A DNA stretch of 64,000 nt from assembly GCA_964503315.1 (NCBI GenBank), contig CAZCZL010000007.1, forward strand, positions 12,327 through 76,326, in the 5' to 3' direction. The stretch's first letter is position 1. Every line of letters begins with the position of its first letter. Source of the DNA: an uncultured Ignavibacteriales bacterium (GTDB lineage Bacteria; Zixibacteria; MSB-5A5; GN15; FEB-12). The translations under genes were made by a program, and so were the position numbers. Below the pieces are notes generated by a model. The model saw nothing but the letters and a program-made list of their open reading frames with translations, was not told the DNA's origin and did not search any database. Shown here in pieces: positions 51,228 through 59,021 of the stretch.

Positions 51228-52322
51228 ATGGACTTCAACTCCTTCCTCTCTTCTGCCGCCCTGGCAAATCTCAATCGCGCCACTCATGAACCGACCAGCA
51301 ACCTCGACCTCACCCGCGCCGCGTCGCTCGATATCTCCCGCGACACCTATCTCGAAGCTGAATCCCGCGGCATGACTCTCTCCGAACTGCTCGAAACCGA
51401 TGAATACGATCCCTCTCCGGTCGGTGCGCCCATCGATGCTTTCGAGCGCCAGCTCGCCCTCGCCGGTGTCCGACTTGGCGGCAAACGCCCGACCACCGTC
51501 GAGCAGTTCTATCAGAAAGCTCCCGCGCTGATGCCCGAGTTCATGTTGCGTGAGATCAAGAAGGGACAGCAGATGCGTCCGGAACTGAGCCGCCTCATCG
51601 CTTCCTCCACCGTCATCAACTCCAACCGCTACACGCCGTTCTTCATCGATACGTCGAGCGACAAGAAATTCGCGCTCCGTCCCGTTGGCGAAGGCGCCGA
51701 GATCCCGCAACTGATCGTCACCGAACAGACGCACGCCATCACCGTCGCGGATTTCGGCCTGACCCTCAAAACTTCCTACCGTTCGCTCCGCCACCGCTCG
51801 ACCGCGCAATTCCGCGTTTTGCTCTGGTACATCGGCTTTAAGATGCAAACCGACAAGATCGGGATGATCGTCAATACGCTCATCAATGGCGATGGCAACT
51901 CCAATTCCGCGCGCGTCGTCAATGCCGCCGCCACCGGCACGCTAGCCTACGGCGACTTGGTCAGCCTCTGGTCACAGTTCGCGCCCTTCGAAATGACCAC
52001 CCTTGTCTGCCACATCGACAAACTGAAAACGATTCTCAACCTGAGCGAATTCAAAGATCCGCTCATCGGCTACCGCTTCCAGCAACAAGGCGATCTGATC
52101 TCGCCGCTCGGCTCGACTCTCATCCGCTCCGATGAAGTCCCCACCGATTATATCATCGGACTCGACAACCGCTTCGCCATCGAAGAGGTCATCGCGCAGC
52201 CGCTGATGATCGAATATGACAAGGTGATCGAGCAGCGGTTCGAGGAAGCTGTTATTTCCGAAGCCGTCTCGTACGCCAAGGTCGTCAAAGAAGCCGCCGT
52301 CATCCTCGACACCGTCTTCTAA
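51228..52322 (+). CDS. HK97-fold major capsid protein
   Basis: 364 aa; 'DAFERQL', E-loop 'PVGEGAEIP', 'LINGDGN', 'IIGLD', 'EYDKVI'; AAGGA RBS; context. Confidence 0.85.
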   Translation: MDFNSFLSSAALANLNRATHEPTSNLDLTRAASLDISRDTYLEAESRGMTLSELLETDEYDPSPVGAPIDAFERQLALAGVRLGGKRPTTVEQFYQKAPALMPEFMLREIKKGQQMRPELSRLIASSTVINSNRYTPFFIDTSSDKKFALRPVGEGAEIPQLIVTEQTHAITVADFGLTLKTSYRSLRHRSTAQFRVLLWYIGFKMQTDKIGMIVNTLINGDGNSNSARVVNAAATGTLAYGDLVSLWSQFAPFEMTTLVCHIDKLKTILNLSEFKDPLIGYRFQQQGDLISPLGSTLIRSDEVPTDYIIGLDNRFAIEEVIAQPLMIEYDKVIEQRFEEAVISEAVSYAKVVKEAAVILDTVF

Positions 52323-52336
52323 CACGCGCTTGATGT

Positions 52337-52450
52337 GCGCGGCAGACGTCCTCGTCTGCCCGATACTATAAGTCATACCTGTCATCGCGAGGCTTGCCGG
52401 CACCACACGATCATCTCAACGCGAATCTCACCGGCAAGCCGTCGCGATCC
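52337..52450. repeat. composite REP mosaic, copy 3
   Basis: B-C arrangement. Confidence 0.9.
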
Positions 52451-52475
52451 CAAACTCACAACAGAAGCACCCCCT

Positions 52476-53891
52476 ATGCTCACCAAACTCTCCGACACCG
52501 CCGCCCTCTATCCTCTCGGCCATGCCACCGGCCAACGGCTCCTGCGCCTGCCATTCGGACCCTATGCCGGACGGCTCGTCGCGCTTTATCTCGATGTCGC
52601 CGGTCACCTCGCGATGCGATGGCGCAACTCCGGCGCCTCCACCTGGTCAACTCCCATCACTATCGCCACCGATATCGCCGACCTTTCGTATGACTGCTGC
52701 ATCGCCGACGATTGCTCCATCCATATCGCCTTTCTCGATTCCGATGGCGTCACGCTCAAATCCCGCGCGTTATCTTACGCAGACGGCACATGGACCATCG
52801 GCGATCCGGTCACCGTCTACAACGCGCACTCAACCCTCAACCCCTCACTCGTTATCGACTCCACCGGCACACTCTGGCTCGCGTTCAATCGTCTGGACAA
52901 CGGCAACTGGTTCATTCAACTGAAATCTTCGACCGATTCCGGCGCCACCTGGGGTTCCGGACCGACCGACCCAGGGGAGACGCTCTCAGCCGGCGCGTCA
53001 CAACTCACCGCCAAGCTGATCGCCACCGCCGAAACACTCCACGCTATTATCGCCTACGGCTCCACCAAGATCGTTTCTCGCGCCATGCCGTACTCAACCG
53101 CGATCTGGTCTGATGAATACATCATCGCCTCCGGTCTCTCCGGATTCAGTCATCAAATTGATGCTGCCCTTGGTCCCAATGGCCGGATCGCTGTCGCTTA
53201 CAATGACTCCGCCTTTCGCGTACGTGAATTCGATGGCCTCACCTGGGGCGCCGCGGCCACGCTCGAAGCAACCGTCCAGCAATCGCCGCAAGTCGTCTTC
53301 CGCAACGGCATCCCGACCATCCTCTGGCTGCGCGGATTCAACTATGAGCAACGTCGCCTCATGTTTTCCTCCCGAAGATCCGGCGACTGGTCAACTCCCG
53401 CGCCACTCGACCCGCGTGCCGATCTCTTTGATTCCGTCATCCTCTACAATCACGGCGCGGGAACCTACATCGACAGAACTGCCGCCGCGTCTGACCTGAC
53501 CGAGTCCGATATTTCACACCCCGCCTCCGGCGCGCTCTTCAAAAATCCCGGAGATGCTCTTTATGTAGGCATGAACTCCCGCTTCCGCTATCTGCACGCC
53601 GTACTCTCACCAGTGGGGAGCGGTGGAACCGTCACTTTCAGCTTCTGGAATGGCTTCCTTTGGGTGCCGTTCACACCGAGTAGCGGCCAATCTAACTTCG
53701 ACTCAACCCCCGCGCGCATCGCTCTTTGGCCTGATTATCAGTCTATTCCGCTTGACTGGCAGAAACGGATCGTCACTAATCAGATCCGCTACTGGATCAA
53801 GATCGAAGTCAACTCTGGATTCACCACCGGCCCGATCGGCTCGCAGATTTCGGCTGTCTCTGAGCTGCAAACGTTCATCGTCCGGAGGTAG
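52476..53891 (+). CDS. BNR/Asp-box beta-propeller protein with C-terminal beta-sandwich (putative virion accessory)
   Basis: 'SSTDSGATW' Asp-box; 'WS.P' blade ends; C-terminal 'RYWIKI'. Confidence 0.7.
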   Translation: MLTKLSDTAALYPLGHATGQRLLRLPFGPYAGRLVALYLDVAGHLAMRWRNSGASTWSTPITIATDIADLSYDCCIADDCSIHIAFLDSDGVTLKSRALSYADGTWTIGDPVTVYNAHSTLNPSLVIDSTGTLWLAFNRLDNGNWFIQLKSSTDSGATWGSGPTDPGETLSAGASQLTAKLIATAETLHAIIAYGSTKIVSRAMPYSTAIWSDEYIIASGLSGFSHQIDAALGPNGRIAVAYNDSAFRVREFDGLTWGAAATLEATVQQSPQVVFRNGIPTILWLRGFNYEQRRLMFSSRRSGDWSTPAPLDPRADLFDSVILYNHGAGTYIDRTAAASDLTESDISHPASGALFKNPGDALYVGMNSRFRYLHAVLSPVGSGGTVTFSFWNGFLWVPFTPSSGQSNFDSTPARIALWPDYQSIPLDWQKRIVTNQIRYWIKIEVNSGFTTGPIGSQISAVSELQTFIVRR

Positions 53892-53895
53892 CACT

Positions 53896-54708
53896 ATGTC
53901 ATACGTCACCCTCGACCATCTCCGTCCCTACCTGATCGCCAACGCCCCGACCGCCGAAACCGTCACCGATCAGCCCTTCCGCTTTTCCGGGATCGACTGG
54001 CAACGATTCCATGGCGGCGCAGTCGACCCATTGTCATTGCGGGTAAAATCCCGCCGCGCCAACATCCTCACACGTCTGCAACTCACGCTCACTGATTCTC
54101 CCGTTCAACTCTCCAACTCACCGATTGTCGCCGAGTCGCTCTTGGTCGCCTCCAATTCATCACTCGGCCGTATCTATCAGCCGAATGTCGATTACACGTT
54201 CGACAGCCATAACAACTCACTCGCCATCAAACCCGGCGGAGATCTTTCGTCCGACACCTCGGTTACCGTTTGGTTCGAGCCGTTCACGCTCTACCACGAA
54301 GGCTCCGACTACTCCCTCAATGCCGACAGGGGAGAGCTTCGACGGCTCCCGTCCGGCTCCATCGCGGATTCCGAATCCGTTCTGCTCGACTTCACGCCGC
54401 TGTACGCGCCCTATTCCGATGACCTCCTCAACGCCGCCATCGCCGAAGCCAATGGTCTCATCGAACGCGAGATCGACCCCGACAAACAGTTTGGCGCCGA
54501 TCCGACACTGAATGCCGCCGCACGGTCTCTCGCGCTTGAGATCGTCTGTCGCGCCGCCGCCGCGCGTGAGCTTGCCTCCGGTCGCTCACTCGATAAGATC
54601 GCCCTCGCCTGGGAATCTCTCGCCGTCACTCACGCCGCGCGCGCCGAAAGACTCCTCAAATCCTTCCGCCCGCCTCTGTTGTCACCCAAATCCCCAACCG
54701 TCAGATAG
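53896..54708 (+). CDS. putative head-completion/adaptor protein with inserted Ig-like repeats
   Basis: 'MSYVTLDHL' start and 'LLNAAIAEANGLIE...AARSLALEIV' end typical of gp6/gp15-like adaptors; internal 'Y.....DY.+' repeats. Confidence 0.6.
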   Translation: MSYVTLDHLRPYLIANAPTAETVTDQPFRFSGIDWQRFHGGAVDPLSLRVKSRRANILTRLQLTLTDSPVQLSNSPIVAESLLVASNSSLGRIYQPNVDYTFDSHNNSLAIKPGGDLSSDTSVTVWFEPFTLYHEGSDYSLNADRGELRRLPSGSIADSESVLLDFTPLYAPYSDDLLNAAIAEANGLIEREIDPDKQFGADPTLNAAARSLALEIVCRAAAARELASGRSLDKIALAWESLAVTHAARAERLLKSFRPPLLSPKSPTVR

Positions 54709-54718
54709 GAATCCACCC

Positions 54719-55090
54719 ATGTCCTCGCTTGAACGTGTTACCTCTCACCGATGTTGGATCATCCATGACTTCTCTGTCTGGGGGAGACCAACCCTCGGTG
54801 AACTCGATCTGCTTCTCTATGAATCACCCACCGCCACCGGTGAGATCTTTTTCAGCACTGCCGATATCGGCGACTCCGCGCAAAAAGTCGAATTCTCCCA
54901 ACTGACCGACCATCGCGGCAACCCATTGCCGTCGATCATCTCCGCGCCGCATATCATCATACGCCCGCGCTCTGCGGACTCCGTCTTTCTCATCGGCCAC
55001 GAAACTAACTCCGCATTTTCCATCGCGCACGATGCCGACCTCGATTCCCCCGTTCTCGTCCACCTCTTCATCACCGAAATGGGGGAGTAG
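54719..55090 (+). CDS. hypothetical protein in capsid operon
   Basis: 123 aa; AGGA RBS; tight spacing. Confidence 0.7.
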   Translation: MSSLERVTSHRCWIIHDFSVWGRPTLGELDLLLYESPTATGEIFFSTADIGDSAQKVEFSQLTDHRGNPLPSIISAPHIIIRPRSADSVFLIGHETNSAFSIAHDADLDSPVLVHLFITEMGE

Positions 55091-55091
55091 C

Positions 55092-55355
55092 ATGGCTGGT
55101 ACCTCTTTCAAAGTCGTCAACCCTCTGGTCAACCTCGACAAGCTCGACCTGCTGATTGACATTTATCTCACCGGTTTGATTGACCGCTCCGAGGATGTGA
55201 AACTCTGCGATTTCGTCCGGCTCGTCGATCTCCGCCACCGCATCGACCCGGTCGTGTCTGATAAAGCAGATCCGATGCATCAAGTCAACTCTGCCCGCGA
55301 GCGTCTCCTTCCCATGAACGGCGTCACCGAAAACGAGGGAGACCCAGACCAATGA
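55092..55355 (+). CDS. hypothetical protein in capsid operon
   Basis: 87 aa; GGGGGAG RBS. Confidence 0.7.
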   Translation: MAGTSFKVVNPLVNLDKLDLLIDIYLTGLIDRSEDVKLCDFVRLVDLRHRIDPVVSDKADPMHQVNSARERLLPMNGVTENEGDPDQ

Positions 55356-56512
55356 CCCGCCTCTTGCTTGTTATCATTCTGACTACATCTTCCATATTCG
55401 CGCAGACGACCATTCACCGTGACTCTCGCACATCTGGGAATAGCCTCATCGCCGCGACCTTTACACTGCGAGATTCTCTCCATGCGACTCTGGGCGATTT
55501 GCGGGACCAAACATTCAAACCGACACTTTCTCTCTACGATTCCGCCGGAGGCGCGATAACGATATTGCTCGCCGATTCACTCCGACCCTACTCCCCCAAA
55601 GAGTGCCGCGTCAGTTCCTCCGATGCCCTCTGGTTCCCATCAGACAACTCCACCCGCCACCTGCTCTATCTTCGCGATGACCACTCCCTCGAGTGGGAGA
55701 TCATCCTCGATTCCCCAACGACCATCACCGCCTATCGCTTCCCGGTCAAACTGCAGAACTTGATTGCGTTTTATCAGCCGGAACTGTCCAAAGAAGAACT
55801 CGCCGAAGGCCACTCCCGCCCCGACTCTATCATTGGCTCCTACGCCATCTATAGAAAAACAGGGGAGAAGGTGCTGCACATCCCACGCCCCCGCGCGTTC
55901 GATGCCGATGGTTCTTCCATCTGGTGCGATCTGCGCATCGATTCATTTTTCACCATCACCGTCCCCTCTGATTTCCTCGCCAAGTCCCGCTTTCCGATCC
56001 GCATTGACCCGTCATTTGGCTACAGTAACGCCGGTGCTTCTTCGCTCGCAGTCGCGTCCATCCGATGTTACGCCAATGGCAACGCCAACTACCGCTATAC
56101 CGCGGGCGCCAACCAACGGGTCGACTCCTTCCGTGTTCATCTCCGCACGCTCACCGGCAATAGTGACACTGTCGATGTCGCGCTCTACTCGTGCAACAAC
56201 GGCATCCAGAACCGCCTCGATACCGCCGTCTGGGTCTACACCGCCAGTGCCACTGCGACATGGGTTAGCTCAGGACCGATCGCTCAGATGCTGACAAATG
56301 GCACAACCTACACACTAGCGACAAACCACCACGAAGGAACCCCGCGAATCTCCTACGACGTCGGCTATTCCGGCGACCATAGCTTTGACAGTGTCAACGA
56401 CCTTCCCGTCACCTGGACCGAGGATGGCGTCGGCACCTACCTCATCTCCATGCAAGCCTGGTACTCAACCATCACCACATCATCCACCCCCACCCGCCGC
56501 CGAAGACTCTGA
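55352..56512 (+). CDS. signal-peptide protein resembling phage spike/fibre and Rhs N-terminal domains
   Basis: Signal 'MTRLLLVIILTTSSIFA'; 'LEWEIILDS', 'PRAFDADG', 'FPIRIDPSFG'; ends 'PTRRRRL'. Confidence 0.65.
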   Translation: MTRLLLVIILTTSSIFAQTTIHRDSRTSGNSLIAATFTLRDSLHATLGDLRDQTFKPTLSLYDSAGGAITILLADSLRPYSPKECRVSSSDALWFPSDNSTRHLLYLRDDHSLEWEIILDSPTTITAYRFPVKLQNLIAFYQPELSKEELAEGHSRPDSIIGSYAIYRKTGEKVLHIPRPRAFDADGSSIWCDLRIDSFFTITVPSDFLAKSRFPIRIDPSFGYSNAGASSLAVASIRCYANGNANYRYTAGANQRVDSFRVHLRTLTGNSDTVDVALYSCNNGIQNRLDTAVWVYTASATATWVSSGPIAQMLTNGTTYTLATNHHEGTPRISYDVGYSGDHSFDSVNDLPVTWTEDGVGTYLISMQAWYSTITTSSTPTRRRRL

Positions 56513-56536
56513 CTTCTGAACTCATCTGGAGTGACC

Positions 56537-58003
56537 ATGAAATATCTTCTGACTATTCTCTCGCTGATTCTCATCTTCCCGTGCGCTCACGCCACCCCCA
56601 TCGTCACCAATAACACCGGCGCCGGAAATGCCGAGGACTCACTTACCCTCACCTTTTTTGTCACCGACACAGTTGGCAATTTCGCGCTCGCCGATTCGTT
56701 TTTCGTGATGATCTTTTCTCCCACCGGCGATTCGCTTTTCGCCGCAAGTTACACCGCCGCGTCCACCGAGATCCGCGCCATTACCCTCGGCACGTCGGGG
56801 CGCAAAGGCTACCGATGGACCAAAGAGGTTGCCGATATTGATGGCTCCTCGCCTCGCTCCGGCACCTACTCCGGTATTTTGATCGCCGTTGATACGCTCG
56901 ATGGTCCCAGCTCCGCCCGCCTCGACCAGGGGTTCGCGTTCTCCTTCATCCTCGAGCCAACCCTCGCTGACCGCGCGAAGATCGGCGATACCTGTGCCGA
57001 CAACAAAGCGATCAACCTCGCGCAGATCTCCGGCGACCAGACCGCGGCCGACAATCTCGAAACCATGCTCGATAACACCGGCGGCCAGACTTTGCGTCTC
57101 GGTCGACTCGTCGTCGATGGTTCCTACGAAGGCGCCGGCTCCGTTTTCATCCGCAATACCAATGCCGCGGGCATGGCGATGCAGATCCTCGGCACCGGTA
57201 CCGGAATTGATATCACCGGCTCCAACTCTGCCGGACTCTCCATCGCGGGAGGTCAGCAGGATATCTACCTCCACGGCTCCGGCAAACTGCACGGCGGCAT
57301 TTCGGAATCATTGCTGGTTGATATGAGCAGCTTGAATGCGTCGTTGGATAATGACAGCTCGCTCGTCACCTTTCTCCGCGCGGGCATCGGGGGAGAGGGG
57401 GGAGGTGGTAATTGCGCCGGTACCGGCGCCTATTCCGTCATGCTGACCGTGATCGACACCACCACCGACCAGGTTATTCCCGGCGCGCAAATCACTGTCC
57501 GCAATCTCGACCAGTCCGCGTTGCTCGCGCTTGTTGAAACCGACAACCTCGGTCGCGCCACCGTTCATCTCGATCCCGGCCCCGCCGTTCTCATCCCGAG
57601 TGCCCCCAATTACATTTTCGCCTCAACCGACACCATTGCGGTCGCTGGCTCCATCTCCGCCACTCTCTCCGGCTATCATTTCGACCCGGGCCAGCCTTCC
57701 GCTCCGAACCTCTGCCGCCTTTACGGATTTCTATACGCAGTCAGTGGCCTACCCGAATCCGGGGCCAAGGTCTCCGCGTCCATCCCATCCGGCGTTGTCC
57801 GTCACAACTCACTGGTCATCTCACCATTCACGACTTCCACTACGACAGATGCCAACGGCTACTTCTACCTCGACCTGATTCCGTCTGATCTGTTGAATCC
57901 TTCCGGCACGAAGTACGAGATTACTATCACCCGCGCTGATGGCACCATCTTGCGTCAACGTCTCAAAATCCCCACCACCCCCACTTGGCAACTTGAATGG
58001 TAA
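56537..58003 (+). CDS. signal-peptide protein with two C-terminal carboxypeptidase-regulatory-like Ig domains
   Basis: Signal 'MKYLLTILSLILIFPCAHA'; 'ISGDQTAADNLE'; 'VIPGAQITVRN', 'TTTDANGYFYLDL'. Confidence 0.7.
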   Translation: MKYLLTILSLILIFPCAHATPIVTNNTGAGNAEDSLTLTFFVTDTVGNFALADSFFVMIFSPTGDSLFAASYTAASTEIRAITLGTSGRKGYRWTKEVADIDGSSPRSGTYSGILIAVDTLDGPSSARLDQGFAFSFILEPTLADRAKIGDTCADNKAINLAQISGDQTAADNLETMLDNTGGQTLRLGRLVVDGSYEGAGSVFIRNTNAAGMAMQILGTGTGIDITGSNSAGLSIAGGQQDIYLHGSGKLHGGISESLLVDMSSLNASLDNDSSLVTFLRAGIGGEGGGGNCAGTGAYSVMLTVIDTTTDQVIPGAQITVRNLDQSALLALVETDNLGRATVHLDPGPAVLIPSAPNYIFASTDTIAVAGSISATLSGYHFDPGQPSAPNLCRLYGFLYAVSGLPESGAKVSASIPSGVVRHNSLVISPFTTSTTTDANGYFYLDLIPSDLLNPSGTKYEITITRADGTILRQRLKIPTTPTWQLEW

Positions 58004-58079
58004 GTGATGGAATATTGATCTCTCTGAGCGTCACTCGTCTCGCCTACTTAACTGAGGCTTTCGGACAACTGCCACCGCA

Positions 58080-58325
58080 TCATTCCGCGCAGGCGGGAAT
58101 CCAGCTTCTTCCTGTCTGCTCTCTGACTCTGATGTGCGAGGTAGGCATCCCCGTCTGCCCCAAGTTGCACGACGTACTTGAGCGGCAGACGTCCCCGTCT
58201 GTCCGAATCCAAATAACCCTGTCATCGCGAGGTTTGCCTGTACTGCCCAAACATCTCAAATTGACTCTTTCTGGCAAACCGTCGCGATCCCTTGACCAAT
58301 TGGGCTGAGCGTAGTCGAAGCCCAA
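58080..58325. repeat. composite REP mosaic, copy 4, preceded by a CATTCCGCGCAGGCGGGAATCC palindrome
   Basis: B 58180, C 58219, A 58300. Confidence 0.9.
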
Positions 58326-58495
58326 ATACGAACAAGTTACGGCAGGTCCACCGTCTCCGCGAGGGTAAGCCTAGCGCTCGCCCAACTTCACAAATCCATT
58401 CTTGCATCTCAATTGCGCGAACGCGAGACCTGATGGCCTATCCTCGATTCTTAAGCAACCCATTCCCTTCCAACTTTCAACCAACAGGAAATACC

Positions 58496-58798
58496 ATGCA
58501 ACCCACCTTCATCTCCGCCGATTCCTTCCTCAGCATCCTCGGCTCTCTCGGCCTGATGTTCGCCACCTTCCTCGCGAAGAAATACATCATCCCCTTCCTG
58601 CAGGTCGGCAAGCGACAGAAATACGCCGAATACATCGCCACTATCGCCGATGACCTCATCGACAACCTCCGCCTGAAATATCCTGACAAAACCTGGCTGG
58701 AACATCTCGATGAAGTCGTCGACACCCTCGTCGCCATCTGCGGCATTACTCCCGAGATCGCGAAACGCGCCCTCCGGGCCTCCGCCGCCCGCAAATAA
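58496..58798 (+). CDS. holin-like small membrane protein
   Basis: 100 aa; one N-terminal TM helix, amphipathic helices, basic C-terminus 'KRALRASAARK'; last gene of operon. Confidence 0.55.
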   Translation: MQPTFISADSFLSILGSLGLMFATFLAKKYIIPFLQVGKRQKYAEYIATIADDLIDNLRLKYPDKTWLEHLDEVVDTLVAICGITPEIAKRALRASAARK

Positions 58799-58973
58799 CA
58801 ACGCTTACGAAGCTATGTGAGCGGCAGACGTCCTCGTCTGCCGGTTCCAACCCCGCCCCCTAGTCCTGTTGCGGCGGGTCTTGCTTCGAAGCCGACTGTC
58901 GCCGTCCTTCCGCTTCTATTTGCCGATATCAGCGGCCGGCTTCGAAGTGTGACCCGCCGCCCTCTCACCCAAC

Positions 58974-59004
58974 AAAAAAGCCCCGCCTTCCGGCAGGGCT
59001 TTTC
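58974..59004. terminator. bidirectional terminator ending capsid operon
   Basis: AAAAAAGCCCCGCC-TTCC-GGCAGGGCTTTT. Confidence 0.8.
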
Positions 59005-59021
59005 ATCAGCTACTCATACTC

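Noticed and set aside
51228-52322. Encapsulin shell protein
   Set aside because: Accompanied by protease, decoration and adaptor genes, with portal and terminase in the window; no encapsulin cargo enzyme is adjacent.
52476-58003. Contractile injection system or tailocin
   Set aside because: No sheath, tube, baseplate or VgrG/PAAR motifs recognisable.
50404-58290. C-type repeats with conserved arms and variable interiors look like CRISPR repeat-spacer units
   Set aside because: Copies are dispersed between genes, not tandem; the arms pair with each other as a stem; no cas genes are present.
20515-58798. One intact 38-kb prophage
   Set aside because: The interval is mostly host metabolic and signalling genes, the two phage-like blocks are on opposite strands, and no integrase, att pair, repressor or replication genes are seen.
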